Shown here piece by piece: positions 9,581 through 19,590 of a stretch of DNA of 64,000 nucleotides (position 1 is its first letter; each line of letters begins with the position of its first letter). The stretch is taken from the NCBI GenBank assembly GCA_963666205.1, contig OY762654.1, forward strand, positions 1,792,001 to 1,856,000, written 5' to 3'. The DNA is from Synergistales bacterium. Lineage in GTDB: Bacteria; Synergistota; Synergistia; Synergistales; JAFGMB01. Under the pieces are notes generated by a model. It was not told where the DNA came from. It made no database searches and saw nothing but the letters and a program-made list of their open reading frames with translations. Made by a program: the position numbers and the translations under genes.

Positions 9581-9767
9581 TTCTGCAAAAGAAGTTTCAT
9601 GTATTTCTGTGCTTTCCTGAAAATATTTTATTCCATGATCTGAAGGGTTATGCAGTATAGATAGGATCCATATAGAGGGACTCCTGTTTAGCGGGATGCA
9701 TTTATAATTCTGCAGATGCAGGATATACTGGTATTCTACAGAATATCTCAGGAGGTGCGAATTCATT

Positions 9768-10973
9768 ATGGATACCAGGCTCCAGAAACTTCTTTCCCAT
9801 GTCTCTACAGAAGAACTTGCAGAGTTGACAAGCCGTTTTATCAGGATCCCCAGCCACTGGGATGTGCCGGACAAGGAAGTCGAAATGGTAAAGGCTGTGG
9901 TTGCATTCCTTGATTCGGAAAATATACCCTATGAACTCGATCATGTCGAAGGAGAAAGGTACAATATAATCGCCTGTCTCAAGGGGACTGGCGGAGGCAG
10001 CAGCCTTTCCCTTGCCGGACATCTCGATACGGTACCGCCCTATAATATGAAGGTTGACCCCTTTGGAGGAAAGATCGAGGGGGACCGTGTATGGGGCCGT
10101 GGAACGGTAGACATGAAAGGTGCAGATGCATGTATGCTCCTGACATTGGCTGCATTCAAAAGGTCAGGAATAGAGCTTGCAGGGGACCTCTATTTTGCAG
10201 GTGTTCTTGCTGAAGAGACCAACAGCGATGGAGCCGAGTCCCTTATCGAATCAGGATTCAGAACAGATGGCGTAATAATCGGAGAACCGTCAGGTATCCA
10301 GTATTCCATAGGACACCGTGGCCTGGAATGGATCGAAGTGGAATTCTTCGGAAAAACTGCACATGGCGGAGTTCCGGAAGAAGGAGTCAATGCCATCCTG
10401 CAAGCCACCAGATTTATTACAAGGGTCCAGGAAAAGATAGTACCCATGCTCAAAGAGCGTTACCATCCCCATATGGGCCCCTCAGTAATGAACTTCGGTA
10501 AAATTGAGGGAGGTCTTCAACCGAGTACAGTAGCAGGAAGTTGTACCCTCCAGCTTGATCGGCGATACCTGCCCTGGGAATCGGTAACCAGTCTTATGAA
10601 GGAATACCAGGATGTAATTGATGAACTATCTGCGGAAGATCCCACATTCAAAGCCGAACTCCGTCTTCTCGATATAGGAATTATGAACAAATATGAACAT
10701 GTGGCCCTTGAAACTTCCCCCGACGAACCCATCGTAGATGCCATAAAATATGCACTCTCCGAAGTTCACGGAAAGCCGGCAGAACTCTCCACCAAGCATG
10801 GCTGGACCGATGCCGCTCTTTTCAGACATTACGGAAATATGCCCACAGTAGTCTATGGTCCTGGAGACCTAGTCAGGGCCCACGGACCGGAGGAATATAT
10901 AACTTTCAAAGAACTTGAGGATGGTTTCAGGACATATCTTCTTGCGTCCATGAAGTTTTGTGGAGTCTGCTGA
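9768..10973 (+). CDS. M20 family metallo-deacylase (ArgE/DapE-like)
   Basis: GHLDTVP, GRGTVDMKG, EE, GEP, AHG motifs. Confidence 0.9.
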   Translation: MDTRLQKLLSHVSTEELAELTSRFIRIPSHWDVPDKEVEMVKAVVAFLDSENIPYELDHVEGERYNIIACLKGTGGGSSLSLAGHLDTVPPYNMKVDPFGGKIEGDRVWGRGTVDMKGADACMLLTLAAFKRSGIELAGDLYFAGVLAEETNSDGAESLIESGFRTDGVIIGEPSGIQYSIGHRGLEWIEVEFFGKTAHGGVPEEGVNAILQATRFITRVQEKIVPMLKERYHPHMGPSVMNFGKIEGGLQPSTVAGSCTLQLDRRYLPWESVTSLMKEYQDVIDELSAEDPTFKAELRLLDIGIMNKYEHVALETSPDEPIVDAIKYALSEVHGKPAELSTKHGWTDAALFRHYGNMPTVVYGPGDLVRAHGPEEYITFKELEDGFRTYLLASMKFCGVC

Positions 10974-10993
10974 AAAAAGGGACCATTATTCCA

Positions 10994-12373
10994 ATGAGCA
11001 TTTCCAGTATTTTCGAGATAATAGGGCCTGTCATGATAGGCCCTTCCAGTTCCCATACCGGAGGGGCCTACAGAATGGGAATAAAGGCCAGAACACTCCT
11101 AAAAGAAGAACCGGTCCAGATCAGGATTGTTCTGTATAATTCCTACGCCAGAACATGTCAGGGTCATAAGACACATGTGGCTATCCTTGCCGGCTGCCTC
11201 GGTTTTGGACCAACTGATCATAGAATAATCGGATCCTTCGAGTACGCTTCAAATTCCAATATCAGGGTTATCCTTTCCCACTCCTTTGATGAATCCCTTC
11301 ATCCCAATACAGCCGATATTGAATTGACTTCAACTTCAGGAAGATCCCTTCGGCTAAGAGCAATATCCATCGGAGGAGGGGCTATTCAGGTTCAGGAAGT
11401 TGCGGAATCACATTCATCAGATAGAGGGAGCTTTTATCCTGTTGAACGGGAAAATGAAGATTTTACCGGAATCGAAGATATTCCCGTTATCTGCGGTCTC
11501 GAAAGTTTTTCCGAGCTTCTTGAAGAAGCTGAAAACAAGGGGATCAGTCTTTCGGAAATAATCCTTAACCAGGAATCCAGGGCTGCCGGGGCTCTGGAAG
11601 AAGACATTCTGGCCAAGGTATCAGAGATCCTGAATGTAATGAAAAAAGCGATAAATAGAGGTGTAAAAGGGAATGTGTCTACTCTTGGCGGATTATCAGG
11701 GAAAGATGCATCCCTTATATCAGACAGAAAAGGCAGCAAACAGGTTCTCAGAGATCCTGCTTTTTCGAAAACCCTTGCTTATGCTCTTGCCGTGAATGAG
11801 GTCAATGCTTCCATGGGGGTAGTTGCGGCAGCCCCTACAGGTGGTGCGTGTGGAGTTCTTCCTGCGGTGCTGCTTGCGATGGCAGAATCCCATAACCTGG
11901 AGGAAGAAAATATCATAAGAGCCCTGGTAACAGCAGGAGGTATTGGTGCAAGGATAGCGAAAAAAACCTCACTTTCTGCTTCTGTCGCAGGGTGTCAGGT
12001 TGAGGTAGGTGTGGCCGTGGCGATGGCTTCTGGTGCACTGGTAGAACTTCTCGGAGGAACTCCACGGGAGGCAATTGAAGCTTCAGCAATAGGACTCAAA
12101 AGTTATCTGGGGCTCGCCTGCGATGCCATTGCAGGCCTGGTGGAAGTTCCCTGTATAAAACGGAATGCGATTGGAGGCAGTGCATCTCTTGCAGCAGCCC
12201 AGATGGCTCTCCTGGGGATAAAGAGCCAGGTTCCTATGGATGAAGTGGTCTGGGCCCTGGCTGACATTGGCAGTAAGATGCCCCTCTGTTTCAGGGATAC
12301 CGTCTCTGCAGGCCTTGCCCTTACTGAAACTGGGAAAAAAGTTTACAGTAATATTTATGGTGAAGAACTCTAG
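10994..12373 (+). CDS. Fe-S-dependent L-serine ammonia-lyase-like protein, fused beta and alpha domains
   Basis: N-terminal IGPVMIGPSSSHT (beta); C-terminal GCQVEVG and GLACD…GLVEVPCIKRN with three Cys (alpha); start placed at ATG 10994. Confidence 0.85.
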   Translation: MSISSIFEIIGPVMIGPSSSHTGGAYRMGIKARTLLKEEPVQIRIVLYNSYARTCQGHKTHVAILAGCLGFGPTDHRIIGSFEYASNSNIRVILSHSFDESLHPNTADIELTSTSGRSLRLRAISIGGGAIQVQEVAESHSSDRGSFYPVERENEDFTGIEDIPVICGLESFSELLEEAENKGISLSEIILNQESRAAGALEEDILAKVSEILNVMKKAINRGVKGNVSTLGGLSGKDASLISDRKGSKQVLRDPAFSKTLAYALAVNEVNASMGVVAAAPTGGACGVLPAVLLAMAESHNLEEENIIRALVTAGGIGARIAKKTSLSASVAGCQVEVGVAVAMASGALVELLGGTPREAIEASAIGLKSYLGLACDAIAGLVEVPCIKRNAIGGSASLAAAQMALLGIKSQVPMDEVVWALADIGSKMPLCFRDTVSAGLALTETGKKVYSNIYGEEL

Positions 12374-12467
12374 CTTATAACTTTAACCCTCTATCTACGG
12401 GGTTGTTCCTTTCTGAGAATTGATTTTTCCAAATGAAGAAAATATTTACATTTTGTTTCCTTTCTTG

Positions 12468-12496
12468 TTGACTTAAAACATATTGATATCTATTAT
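12468..12496 (+). promoter_or_regulatory. Sigma70-type promoter for cysteine desulfidase copy 1
   Basis: TTGACT-17 bp-TATTAT. Confidence 0.6.
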
Positions 12497-12618
12497 CATT
12501 AGTGGTCTTTTGGAAAACTTAAAACTGAGAATTTGATATAAAGAAGGGAAAAGTTTTTATAACTGTTCCGGCCTTGAAAATATTTGCAACGCCATTTCTT
12601 TCCTAGGGGGAACGACAA

Positions 12619-13917
12619 ATGTTTACAATCAGGGAATTTTTGAGATCGGAAGTGAAGCCTGCATTGGGATGTACTGAGCCCGGTGCGGTGGCACTGGGCG
12701 TAGCGAGGGCCGTAGAGGAACTTGGAGGAGCCCCCGTTAAAGAGATCGAGGTAGTGGTAAGCGACAGCATATACAAGAACGGCATGTACGTAGGTATTCC
12801 AGGTACAGGAGGCCTCAAGGGCAACGACATAGCAGCAGCCATGGCAGCCCTTCAGGGAAAGTCGGAATACGGCCTTGAAGTTCTCAAGGACTGCGATGCT
12901 GATACTGTGAAAAAGTCCCAGGCCATGGTGGATTCAGGGAAGGTGGTCATAATCCCCGACCTTGACCGCCACGGAGTATATGTGGAATCCAGGGTGAGCA
13001 GTGAAAATGACACAGCAGTGACGGTCATAGAGAGCACCCACACCAATATAACGAAGGTTACCCTCAACGACAGGGTCATATTTGAAACAGAAAAAGGGAC
13101 AGAGGACAAGAACGGCAGTAAGACCCTATCCATCCCCGAGCAGGTGGAAAGGATGAACTACTCGGAGCTGGTCAGTATGGCTGAGGACATGGACGCAGAG
13201 GACGTGGACTACGTCATGAACGGAGTGGACATGAACCTCACCATAGCCGAATACGGATTCACTCACAACGTAGGCATCAACCTCGGATCCACCATAAAGA
13301 AACTGGCAGGTGAGCATTACGACTCCGATGACCTGAGCAGCAGGATCAAGGCAGTGGCGGCGGCAGCCTCCGACGCACGAATGGACGGAGCACCCTATCC
13401 CGTTATGAGCAGTGCCGGAAGCGGCAACCACGGGATCACCGCCATCCTTCCCGTATACGTAGCAGGAGATCATTATGGCAAGAGCAGGGAAGAGATAGCG
13501 AAAGCCATAGCCTTCAGCCACCTCACCACATCCTTCATAAAGAGCAGGATGGGCAGGCTCAGCCCCGTATGCGGATGCAGCGTAGCTGCAGGGGCAGGAG
13601 CGGCATCGGGGATCGTCTATCTTCTGAGTAAAGACATAGCAAAGGCAGAGAAGGCAGTGGAGATGGTGCTTGGCAACCTGGTGGGGATGGTATGTGACGG
13701 AGCGAAGGAGACCTGTGCCCTGAAGGTAGGGACGGGAGCCCTTGAATCCTACCATGCGGCCATGATCGTGATGGGAGGCAATGGCCTGAACGGACCCCAG
13801 GGAGTGGTGGACGATACCATAGAGAAGACCGTGGCAAACGCTGCTTCCATCAATGTGGAAGGAATGACGGAAGTCGACAGTATTATCATTGATTTCATAA
13901 AACAAAGGTTCGCATAA
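12619..13917 (+). CDS. cyuA: L-cysteine desulfidase family protein (CyuA/YhaM/CdsB), copy 1
   Basis: PALGCTEP, SDARMDG, GSGNHG, LSPVCGC and CDGAKETCALK motifs. Confidence 0.85.
   Translation: MFTIREFLRSEVKPALGCTEPGAVALGVARAVEELGGAPVKEIEVVVSDSIYKNGMYVGIPGTGGLKGNDIAAAMAALQGKSEYGLEVLKDCDADTVKKSQAMVDSGKVVIIPDLDRHGVYVESRVSSENDTAVTVIESTHTNITKVTLNDRVIFETEKGTEDKNGSKTLSIPEQVERMNYSELVSMAEDMDAEDVDYVMNGVDMNLTIAEYGFTHNVGINLGSTIKKLAGEHYDSDDLSSRIKAVAAAASDARMDGAPYPVMSSAGSGNHGITAILPVYVAGDHYGKSREEIAKAIAFSHLTTSFIKSRMGRLSPVCGCSVAAGAGAASGIVYLLSKDIAKAEKAVEMVLGNLVGMVCDGAKETCALKVGTGALESYHAAMIVMGGNGLNGPQGVVDDTIEKTVANAASINVEGMTEVDSIIIDFIKQRFA
12619..13917 (+). repeat. 1.3 kb near-identical inverted repeat, partner of 52948-54246
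   Basis: 432-aa products differ at 3 residues; alternative-frame ORFs are also nearly identical; similarity stops at the start and stop codons. Confidence 0.95.
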
Positions 13918-13940
13918 GAGTCTTCCTTTAGCTTGAAATG

Positions 13941-13981
13941 CAAAGTAAGGTCTGTTCCTTCAAGGAGCAGACCTTACTTTG
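13941..13981. terminator. Bidirectional terminator
   Basis: CAAAGTAAGGTCTGTTCCT-TCA-AGGAGCAGACCTTACTTTG between convergent genes. Confidence 0.8.
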
Positions 13982-13994
13982 TTATCAAAGTTAT

Positions 13995-14528
13995 TTAAAT
14001 TCTTGCAATAGAGTTTGCGAAGGGGTGGCCTGCCTCGAGGATCTCTATGGCTATTTCGGCTGCGAATCGGGCAGCTTCTCCGCATACGTCCGGGCAGCCC
14101 TCTTCGGCGTCGACCATGATATCGTGAAGTTCATCCCGCTGTTTTTCATCAGTGAGGTCGAAGACCCTTCCGTAGAGTTTTTCGTGTATTTCCGTACAGA
14201 TAACTGTTCCGTATTTCTCTTCAAACTTATTGAAGAGCTTGTCCATGTAACCCATTCCCCGAACAGCCTGGTCCTTCATCTCCAGGTCATCCCGACCTGC
14301 GAGGAGACCGAGGAACATGAGAGCTCCGGCAAGGGCTCCGCAGATATTGCCGTGTCTTACACAACCGCCGGCAAAGGCGGTTGATGACCGCAGAACGTCG
14401 GGATTGTGAATACCGAATCCTGTCATGAGGGCAGCCAGGGTTCCCTGGCTGCAGAGGTGATATTCAGCCTCATTATGATTTGCCATTTCAGCTACAGCTT
14501 CAATTATCTCATTGTAATATTCGTCCAT
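13995..14528 (-). CDS. C-GCAxxG-C-C family putative redox protein
   Basis: CSQG…FAGG…ICGALAG…VIC…C pattern; RBS GGAGG. Confidence 0.85.
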   Translation of the reverse strand: MDEYYNEIIEAVAEMANHNEAEYHLCSQGTLAALMTGFGIHNPDVLRSSTAFAGGCVRHGNICGALAGALMFLGLLAGRDDLEMKDQAVRGMGYMDKLFNKFEEKYGTVICTEIHEKLYGRVFDLTDEKQRDELHDIMVDAEEGCPDVCGEAARFAAEIAIEILEAGHPFANSIARI

Positions 14529-14736
14529 GGTTGACCTCCAGTGGGTGGAAATAATAATTTGATGGAACCTATTGTAGCAGTATAAACATTCAACTGTAAT
14601 CCTTAAACCATTATCGATCAGTAATTTATTCTTCCTGAATGATAAAACGGGATAACCTTTTTTCTGCTAAAATAGGGTTCTTGTGTTTTTCTCGGGTGTT
14701 ATACAGAATGCTCTGCCCGGAGAATAGGAATATATA

Positions 14737-15906
14737 ATGACAAAAATGCTTAAACCCACTATTCTTTCACTATCGCTCCTCACAGTGATATCCACATCTG
14801 CAATATCGCCTGCCCTTGGAGAAATAGCAGATTATTTCCCATCTGCCGAGAGGTTCATGATACAGCTGATCGCTGTAATGCATGCCCTTGCTATTGTTCC
14901 CTCTCTATTCTTTGCAAGCTGGCTTACTGCAAGATTTCCCAAAAAGAGAGTCCTTCTTGCCGGTCTCCTTGTCTTTGCCTTTGGTGGAATATCAGGAGGG
15001 CTTGCAGAGAATATTTATATGCTCCTTCTATCCAGGATCGTACTGGGGATAGGTCTTGGTATGGTCATTCCCTTTTCCACAGCCCTCATCGCTGATTTTT
15101 TCGAAGGAGAAGAAAAGACCAGAATGATGGGCCTTTCAAGTTCCTTCAATATGCTGGGGGGAATGATAGCATTGACAATATCCGGTCAGTTGGCCATCCT
15201 GTCATGGAAACTTCCATTCCTGATCTATGCCTTGGGAATTCCTGTGCTCCTTCTTAATGCAAGATATCTGCCCCAGGTGCAGAGCAAAAAAAATGAACAG
15301 CATTCATCTGCTGTTGAACCCCTTCCCCGTCGTGTTTACCTGGTCGCCTTCGTAATGTTTCTTTTCTGTATGATGTTCTTTATTCTCACTCCTACCATGG
15401 CCCTTTTCCTGAGAGATAATGCCTTTGGGGATGCAAGAATGGCAGGAACAGCCATATCTTTTGCTTCCCTTGGAGGATTTACATCCGGTTTCGTTCTCCC
15501 ATGGACCAGGAAATTTACAGGGAAATTCTTTCTTGCGGCCATGCTTGCAGTTACCAGTACTGGTTTTCTGTCTCTTTACCTTTCGGATGTAATAGGAATG
15601 GTCTTTGCCGGGGCATTATGTATAGGTTTTGCCAACAGATCTGTCTATCCCCTTTTCTTTCTTAAGGTTACCCAGGGAATTACTCCAGACCAGTCTGTAC
15701 GGGCAACTGCAGTTCTGAGCGCCATGATCTATGTAGGCCAGTTCATGGCACCACCCTTCCAGCGTCTGGTAAGATTTGTTTTCCACCATCCAGAGATCCG
15801 CTTTCTTTATCTTTTTGTAGCTTCAGTGACCATGTCTGTTGCAATTGCACTTTTTCTCCACGCATTTTTCAATAAAAAAGAAGACCTGGGTTATATCAGC
15901 GAGTAG
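14737..15906 (+). CDS. MFS transporter
   Basis: About 12 TM segments; SRIVLGIGLG motif B-like. Confidence 0.9.
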   Translation: MTKMLKPTILSLSLLTVISTSAISPALGEIADYFPSAERFMIQLIAVMHALAIVPSLFFASWLTARFPKKRVLLAGLLVFAFGGISGGLAENIYMLLLSRIVLGIGLGMVIPFSTALIADFFEGEEKTRMMGLSSSFNMLGGMIALTISGQLAILSWKLPFLIYALGIPVLLLNARYLPQVQSKKNEQHSSAVEPLPRRVYLVAFVMFLFCMMFFILTPTMALFLRDNAFGDARMAGTAISFASLGGFTSGFVLPWTRKFTGKFFLAAMLAVTSTGFLSLYLSDVIGMVFAGALCIGFANRSVYPLFFLKVTQGITPDQSVRATAVLSAMIYVGQFMAPPFQRLVRFVFHHPEIRFLYLFVASVTMSVAIALFLHAFFNKKEDLGYISE

Positions 15907-16019
15907 CCTTCTTCTTTAAGTTGTTACCATCCGGGAGATTAATATTCAGTTGCCCCATGTCAGATTTACCGAAATCCTCTCCTTTAAAACCCGATAATAC
16001 CCTCTTGTTGTTCTTTGAG

Positions 16020-16088
16020 TTGACAAATCCGGTTACTGTGCCTATATTTTTAAGTATATTTTGAAGTATACTTAAAAATATACTTAAA
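16020..16088 (+). promoter_or_regulatory. Promoter plus 40-bp palindromic operator
   Basis: TTGACA(16020-16025)-17 bp-TATATT(16043-16048), then TTTAAGTATATTTTGAAGTA|TACTTAAAAATATACTTAAA (19/20 paired). Confidence 0.75.
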
Positions 16089-16102
16089 TTACGGGGGGAG
16101 GA

Positions 16103-17197
16103 GTGATATTTTTGGATAAAGTTACCGTAATTGGTGCGGGAAATGGAGGTCAGGCTGTAAGTGCATTTCTTTCGACTCAGGGTCTGGATGTAGCTCTTTT
16201 TGAACACCCTGATTTTGAGTCAAATCTTGATGGAATAAGAGAAAACGGCGGAGTTCAGTTCGAAGGACCCATAATGCAGAACTTTGCAAGGATACCTCTG
16301 GTTACAGTTGAAATTGAGGAAGCCCTTTCAGATTCTCAGATGATCATTATGATCGTTCCTTCCTATGCCCAGGAAAACATGTTCCGCCTTGCCCTTCCTT
16401 ATCTCAGAGATGGACAGGTAGTTTTTGTTCTTCCAGGGAATTTTGCGTCCCTGTGTTTTGCCAGAATAGCGAAGGAGGCTGGAAAACAGCTTTTCTTTGC
16501 TGAAGGGGCCACTATCCCCTTTGCCTGTCGAATAACGGATCCCGGGAAGATCTATGTGGGCGGTCTTAAAGAAACATTCCCGGTCGGTTGTTTTCCAGGC
16601 GGGTGTAACAATTCCGTAAAATCCTGGATCCACAAATACTTTCCTTTTAACTTCTTTTTTGCAGAAAATGTACTTGAGGCTGCTCTTTCGAACGGGAACA
16701 TGATAGTCCATCCAACCACGGCAGCACTGAACACTGGCTGGATAGAGAGTACTGGGGGAAATTTCTGTTTTTACAGGGAAGGCATGTCAGAATCGGTCTG
16801 CAGGGTAGAAGAAGCCATAGACAGGGAAAGGGTCGCCGTAGGTAAAGCCCTTGGACTGAAAATACCTCCATTTGTAGAACTTATTAACAGGTGGTACAGA
16901 CTTAATGTCAGTTCTATAAGGGAATTTGCATCTACCTCTGCTACCCATAATAATTTCGGTCATGATGCACCTTCATCTCTGAATAACAGGTATGTATCGG
17001 AGGATATCCCCTTTCTTATGGTTCCGGTTATGAGTCTTGGCAGGGTCCTGGAAATAGAGTGTCCCCTGATAGAAAGTTTTGTACGTCTTGGCTCTGTTAT
17101 CAATGGTGTTGATTATCTGCAACAGGGCAGGACCCTGCAGCAAATGGGTCTGGAAGGTATGACAAAAGGAGAAATAATAGATTTTGTAGGTGTTTGA
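16103..17197 (+). CDS. NAD/NADP octopine/nopaline (opine) dehydrogenase family protein
   Basis: VIGAGNGG, PGN, LSNGNMIVHP, FYREG, DRER and RYVSEDIP motifs. Confidence 0.9.
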   Translation: MIFLDKVTVIGAGNGGQAVSAFLSTQGLDVALFEHPDFESNLDGIRENGGVQFEGPIMQNFARIPLVTVEIEEALSDSQMIIMIVPSYAQENMFRLALPYLRDGQVVFVLPGNFASLCFARIAKEAGKQLFFAEGATIPFACRITDPGKIYVGGLKETFPVGCFPGGCNNSVKSWIHKYFPFNFFFAENVLEAALSNGNMIVHPTTAALNTGWIESTGGNFCFYREGMSESVCRVEEAIDRERVAVGKALGLKIPPFVELINRWYRLNVSSIREFASTSATHNNFGHDAPSSLNNRYVSEDIPFLMVPVMSLGRVLEIECPLIESFVRLGSVINGVDYLQQGRTLQQMGLEGMTKGEIIDFVGV

Positions 17198-17247
17198 ACC
17201 TTGATAAGAGAGCAGGAATGGAACATAGTTTAAAAGGAGGTGTCAAC

Positions 17248-18669
17248 TTGAATATTCCGGTAATAGTGGGAGCTCTTGCATTTATGGGACTGATAGTGGG
17301 AATAGGTTTCTGGTCAGGGCTCAATGTTAAATCCAGTAAATCCTTTTTCCTCGGTGGGGGAAGCCAGGGTTTCTTCCCCATAATTGCGACCCAGGCCGCC
17401 ACCAGTATAGGAGGAGGATGCATGATAGGCTGGGCCGGTTTTGGATATACCTTTGGATTCGGTGTCGCCTGGTACGGAATAGTATGTATCATTGGTCTGG
17501 CTATCCTGGTTTTTACGGTAGCTTCCTTTTTTCAGAAGAACGGATTTTATACAATACCTGACTGGATCTGTCATTCCCTCGGAGAAGACAAGTTCTTAAG
17601 AGGTATAGCTGCTCTTCTTGCCATGTGGATGCTTGTTGGAGCCTGGGCGGGGAATGCTGTTGCCACAGGTACCATAGTGAATCAGCTCACTGGATTGCCT
17701 GTAAAAATGGGAGCCCTTATAGGCGGTCTTCTTGTCCTTGGTTATTGTTCCGTTGGTGGTCTTCAGTCAGTAATAAAGGTGGATATGTTCAATTTCGTAA
17801 TACTCTGGCTTGGAGTAATTATCCTGATTCCTGCAACCCTGATCATGGCTGGCGGTTTTTCGAATATCCTTGCTTCAAATCCGGTCGTGAATCATGATAT
17901 CTGGCCTGGAATGAAAGCAGGCCTTGGCTGGTTCATTGCAGTTACACCTGGAATGATGACCATGCAGACGGCCTATCAGAGATTTTCCGCCTCAAAGAAC
18001 GAAAAGGTCGCGAAATGGGGTATTTACGGAACTATAATTTCCATTGTCATTATAGTAGCCTATGCTTCAATAACGGGAATGGCCATTCGCACAATAAACC
18101 CGGAAATAGCAAGGGGACAGATGGCTGTTCCATGGTTTGTTGTCAATAAGCTTAATCCTGTTTTTGCCATATTTATTCTTGGCGGTATCCTGGCCGCGCT
18201 TTTCTCCACCTCCGATTCAGTCCTCAATTCAGCCTCGGCAAATATTGCCAAGGATTTTTATGCAGGCATATTCAACCCTAAAGCCACCGATAAGGATATG
18301 CTCAGGGCAGGAAGGATAGCAACCATTGTTATAGGTATAGTCGGAATAGCAATTGCCCTTTACATTCCCTATATCATGAAACTGCTTATAGCAGGTTACG
18401 GTGTCAGTGCGGGAGGATTGCTTTTCCCCATATTCCTTGCCCATTACTGGAAAAGGACCACCCGAAATGGAGCCCTGGCCGGTATGATAGGCGGTTTTAT
18501 CATCGCGTTTCCCGGGGCATTTATACCATCTGTTGGAAAGGTGCTCAGCAGTTACTTCTATAATCCCATCCTTGCCGCTCTTATGATATCCCTTATCCTG
18601 ACTGTTATAGTAAGTCTTGGGACCAAAAAGGAAAAAGAACCCGTTCCCAGCGAAGCGATCGCTTCCTGA
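17248..18669 (+). CDS. Sodium:solute symporter family protein
   Basis: FFLGG, ATSIGGG, GGLQSVIKVD, QRF, AALFSTSDS; TTG start after AAAGGAGG. Confidence 0.9.
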   Translation: MNIPVIVGALAFMGLIVGIGFWSGLNVKSSKSFFLGGGSQGFFPIIATQAATSIGGGCMIGWAGFGYTFGFGVAWYGIVCIIGLAILVFTVASFFQKNGFYTIPDWICHSLGEDKFLRGIAALLAMWMLVGAWAGNAVATGTIVNQLTGLPVKMGALIGGLLVLGYCSVGGLQSVIKVDMFNFVILWLGVIILIPATLIMAGGFSNILASNPVVNHDIWPGMKAGLGWFIAVTPGMMTMQTAYQRFSASKNEKVAKWGIYGTIISIVIIVAYASITGMAIRTINPEIARGQMAVPWFVVNKLNPVFAIFILGGILAALFSTSDSVLNSASANIAKDFYAGIFNPKATDKDMLRAGRIATIVIGIVGIAIALYIPYIMKLLIAGYGVSAGGLLFPIFLAHYWKRTTRNGALAGMIGGFIIAFPGAFIPSVGKVLSSYFYNPILAALMISLILTVIVSLGTKKEKEPVPSEAIAS

Positions 18670-18691
18670 TACTGATTTTATGTCTGCATCT

Positions 18692-18731
18692 TTCCTGACC
18701 CTGATCATACTGATCGTATCAGGGTCAGGAA
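18692..18731 (+). terminator. Hairpin after symporter gene
   Basis: Perfect 14-bp IR TTCCTGACCCTGAT…ATCAGGGTCAGGAA. Confidence 0.6.
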
Positions 18732-18838
18732 TTGTTATTTCCAGAAGACACGCATTTGACATATCAGGTCCTGATAATGCACTATTATTCCATGTAGTAA
18801 AGTTAATGAAGACCACCATGGGGTGTGGAGGGGAAATA

Positions 18839-19531
18839 ATGAATAAAACCGTTAAGGCAGAGGATAGAGCCCACAGGGAAATACTGAACCTCATCATTCA
18901 ACAGAAATTTGGTCCTGGTGAGGTGATAATGGAAGCGGAGCTCACCCCCATGCTTGAAATGAGCAGAACTCCTGTCAGGGCAGCCCTTGGAAGGCTTGCT
19001 ACAGAAGGTCTGATCGAAAAACATCCTGGGACAAAAAGTTATATTATCCCCCCTGTAACTCCTGAAGACCTCAGACAGGTATTTCACGTAAGAAGCGTGC
19101 TTGAATCTGATGCGGCATCGCAAGCCGCTATTTGCGCTTCAGAAAATGAAAAGAAAAGACTCAAGGAGATACTGGAGCAGGAGAACAGCTATGACTTTTC
19201 CAGGAATTCTTTTGATTATTCTGCTTTCAGCCAGTATTTTGAACCTTCCCAGCGACTTCATTTTGCAATCGCTGATGTCTGTCACAATGCCTATCTCAAA
19301 AGATTTATCCTTCCAGCGTACTGGAGGTCTCAGCTCTATTTCTATTTCTTTGACAGTTTCTCTTTTTTGAGCAGGAAACAGGCAGCAGATCCTATTAATA
19401 TCCATCTTGAAAAAAGTGTGGAAGAACACAATCGTATAGTTGATGCAATTCTTTCCAGAGATAGTGAAGGTGCCCGAAAGGCGATGAAGGAACATCTTGA
19501 AACTACCATGTCCATTCTCAGGCCTTTCTGA
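18839..19531 (+). CDS. GntR family (FadR/FCD) transcriptional regulator
   Basis: MSRTPVRAAL…EGL wHTH; FCD-like LH…N…EH…AI…AMKEHL; start at ATG 18839 after GGAGG. Confidence 0.9.
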   Translation: MNKTVKAEDRAHREILNLIIQQKFGPGEVIMEAELTPMLEMSRTPVRAALGRLATEGLIEKHPGTKSYIIPPVTPEDLRQVFHVRSVLESDAASQAAICASENEKKRLKEILEQENSYDFSRNSFDYSAFSQYFEPSQRLHFAIADVCHNAYLKRFILPAYWRSQLYFYFFDSFSFLSRKQAADPINIHLEKSVEEHNRIVDAILSRDSEGARKAMKEHLETTMSILRPF

Positions 19532-19590
19532 AGGAGGTCCCCAAAAAGCAGATATCAGAATAAGAAACAACCAGGGAAAAAGGAAGGATC

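Noticed and set aside
13995-14528. Selenoprotein by TGA read-through (this family sometimes has Sec)
   Set aside because: All motif positions are Cys and the ORF is complete.
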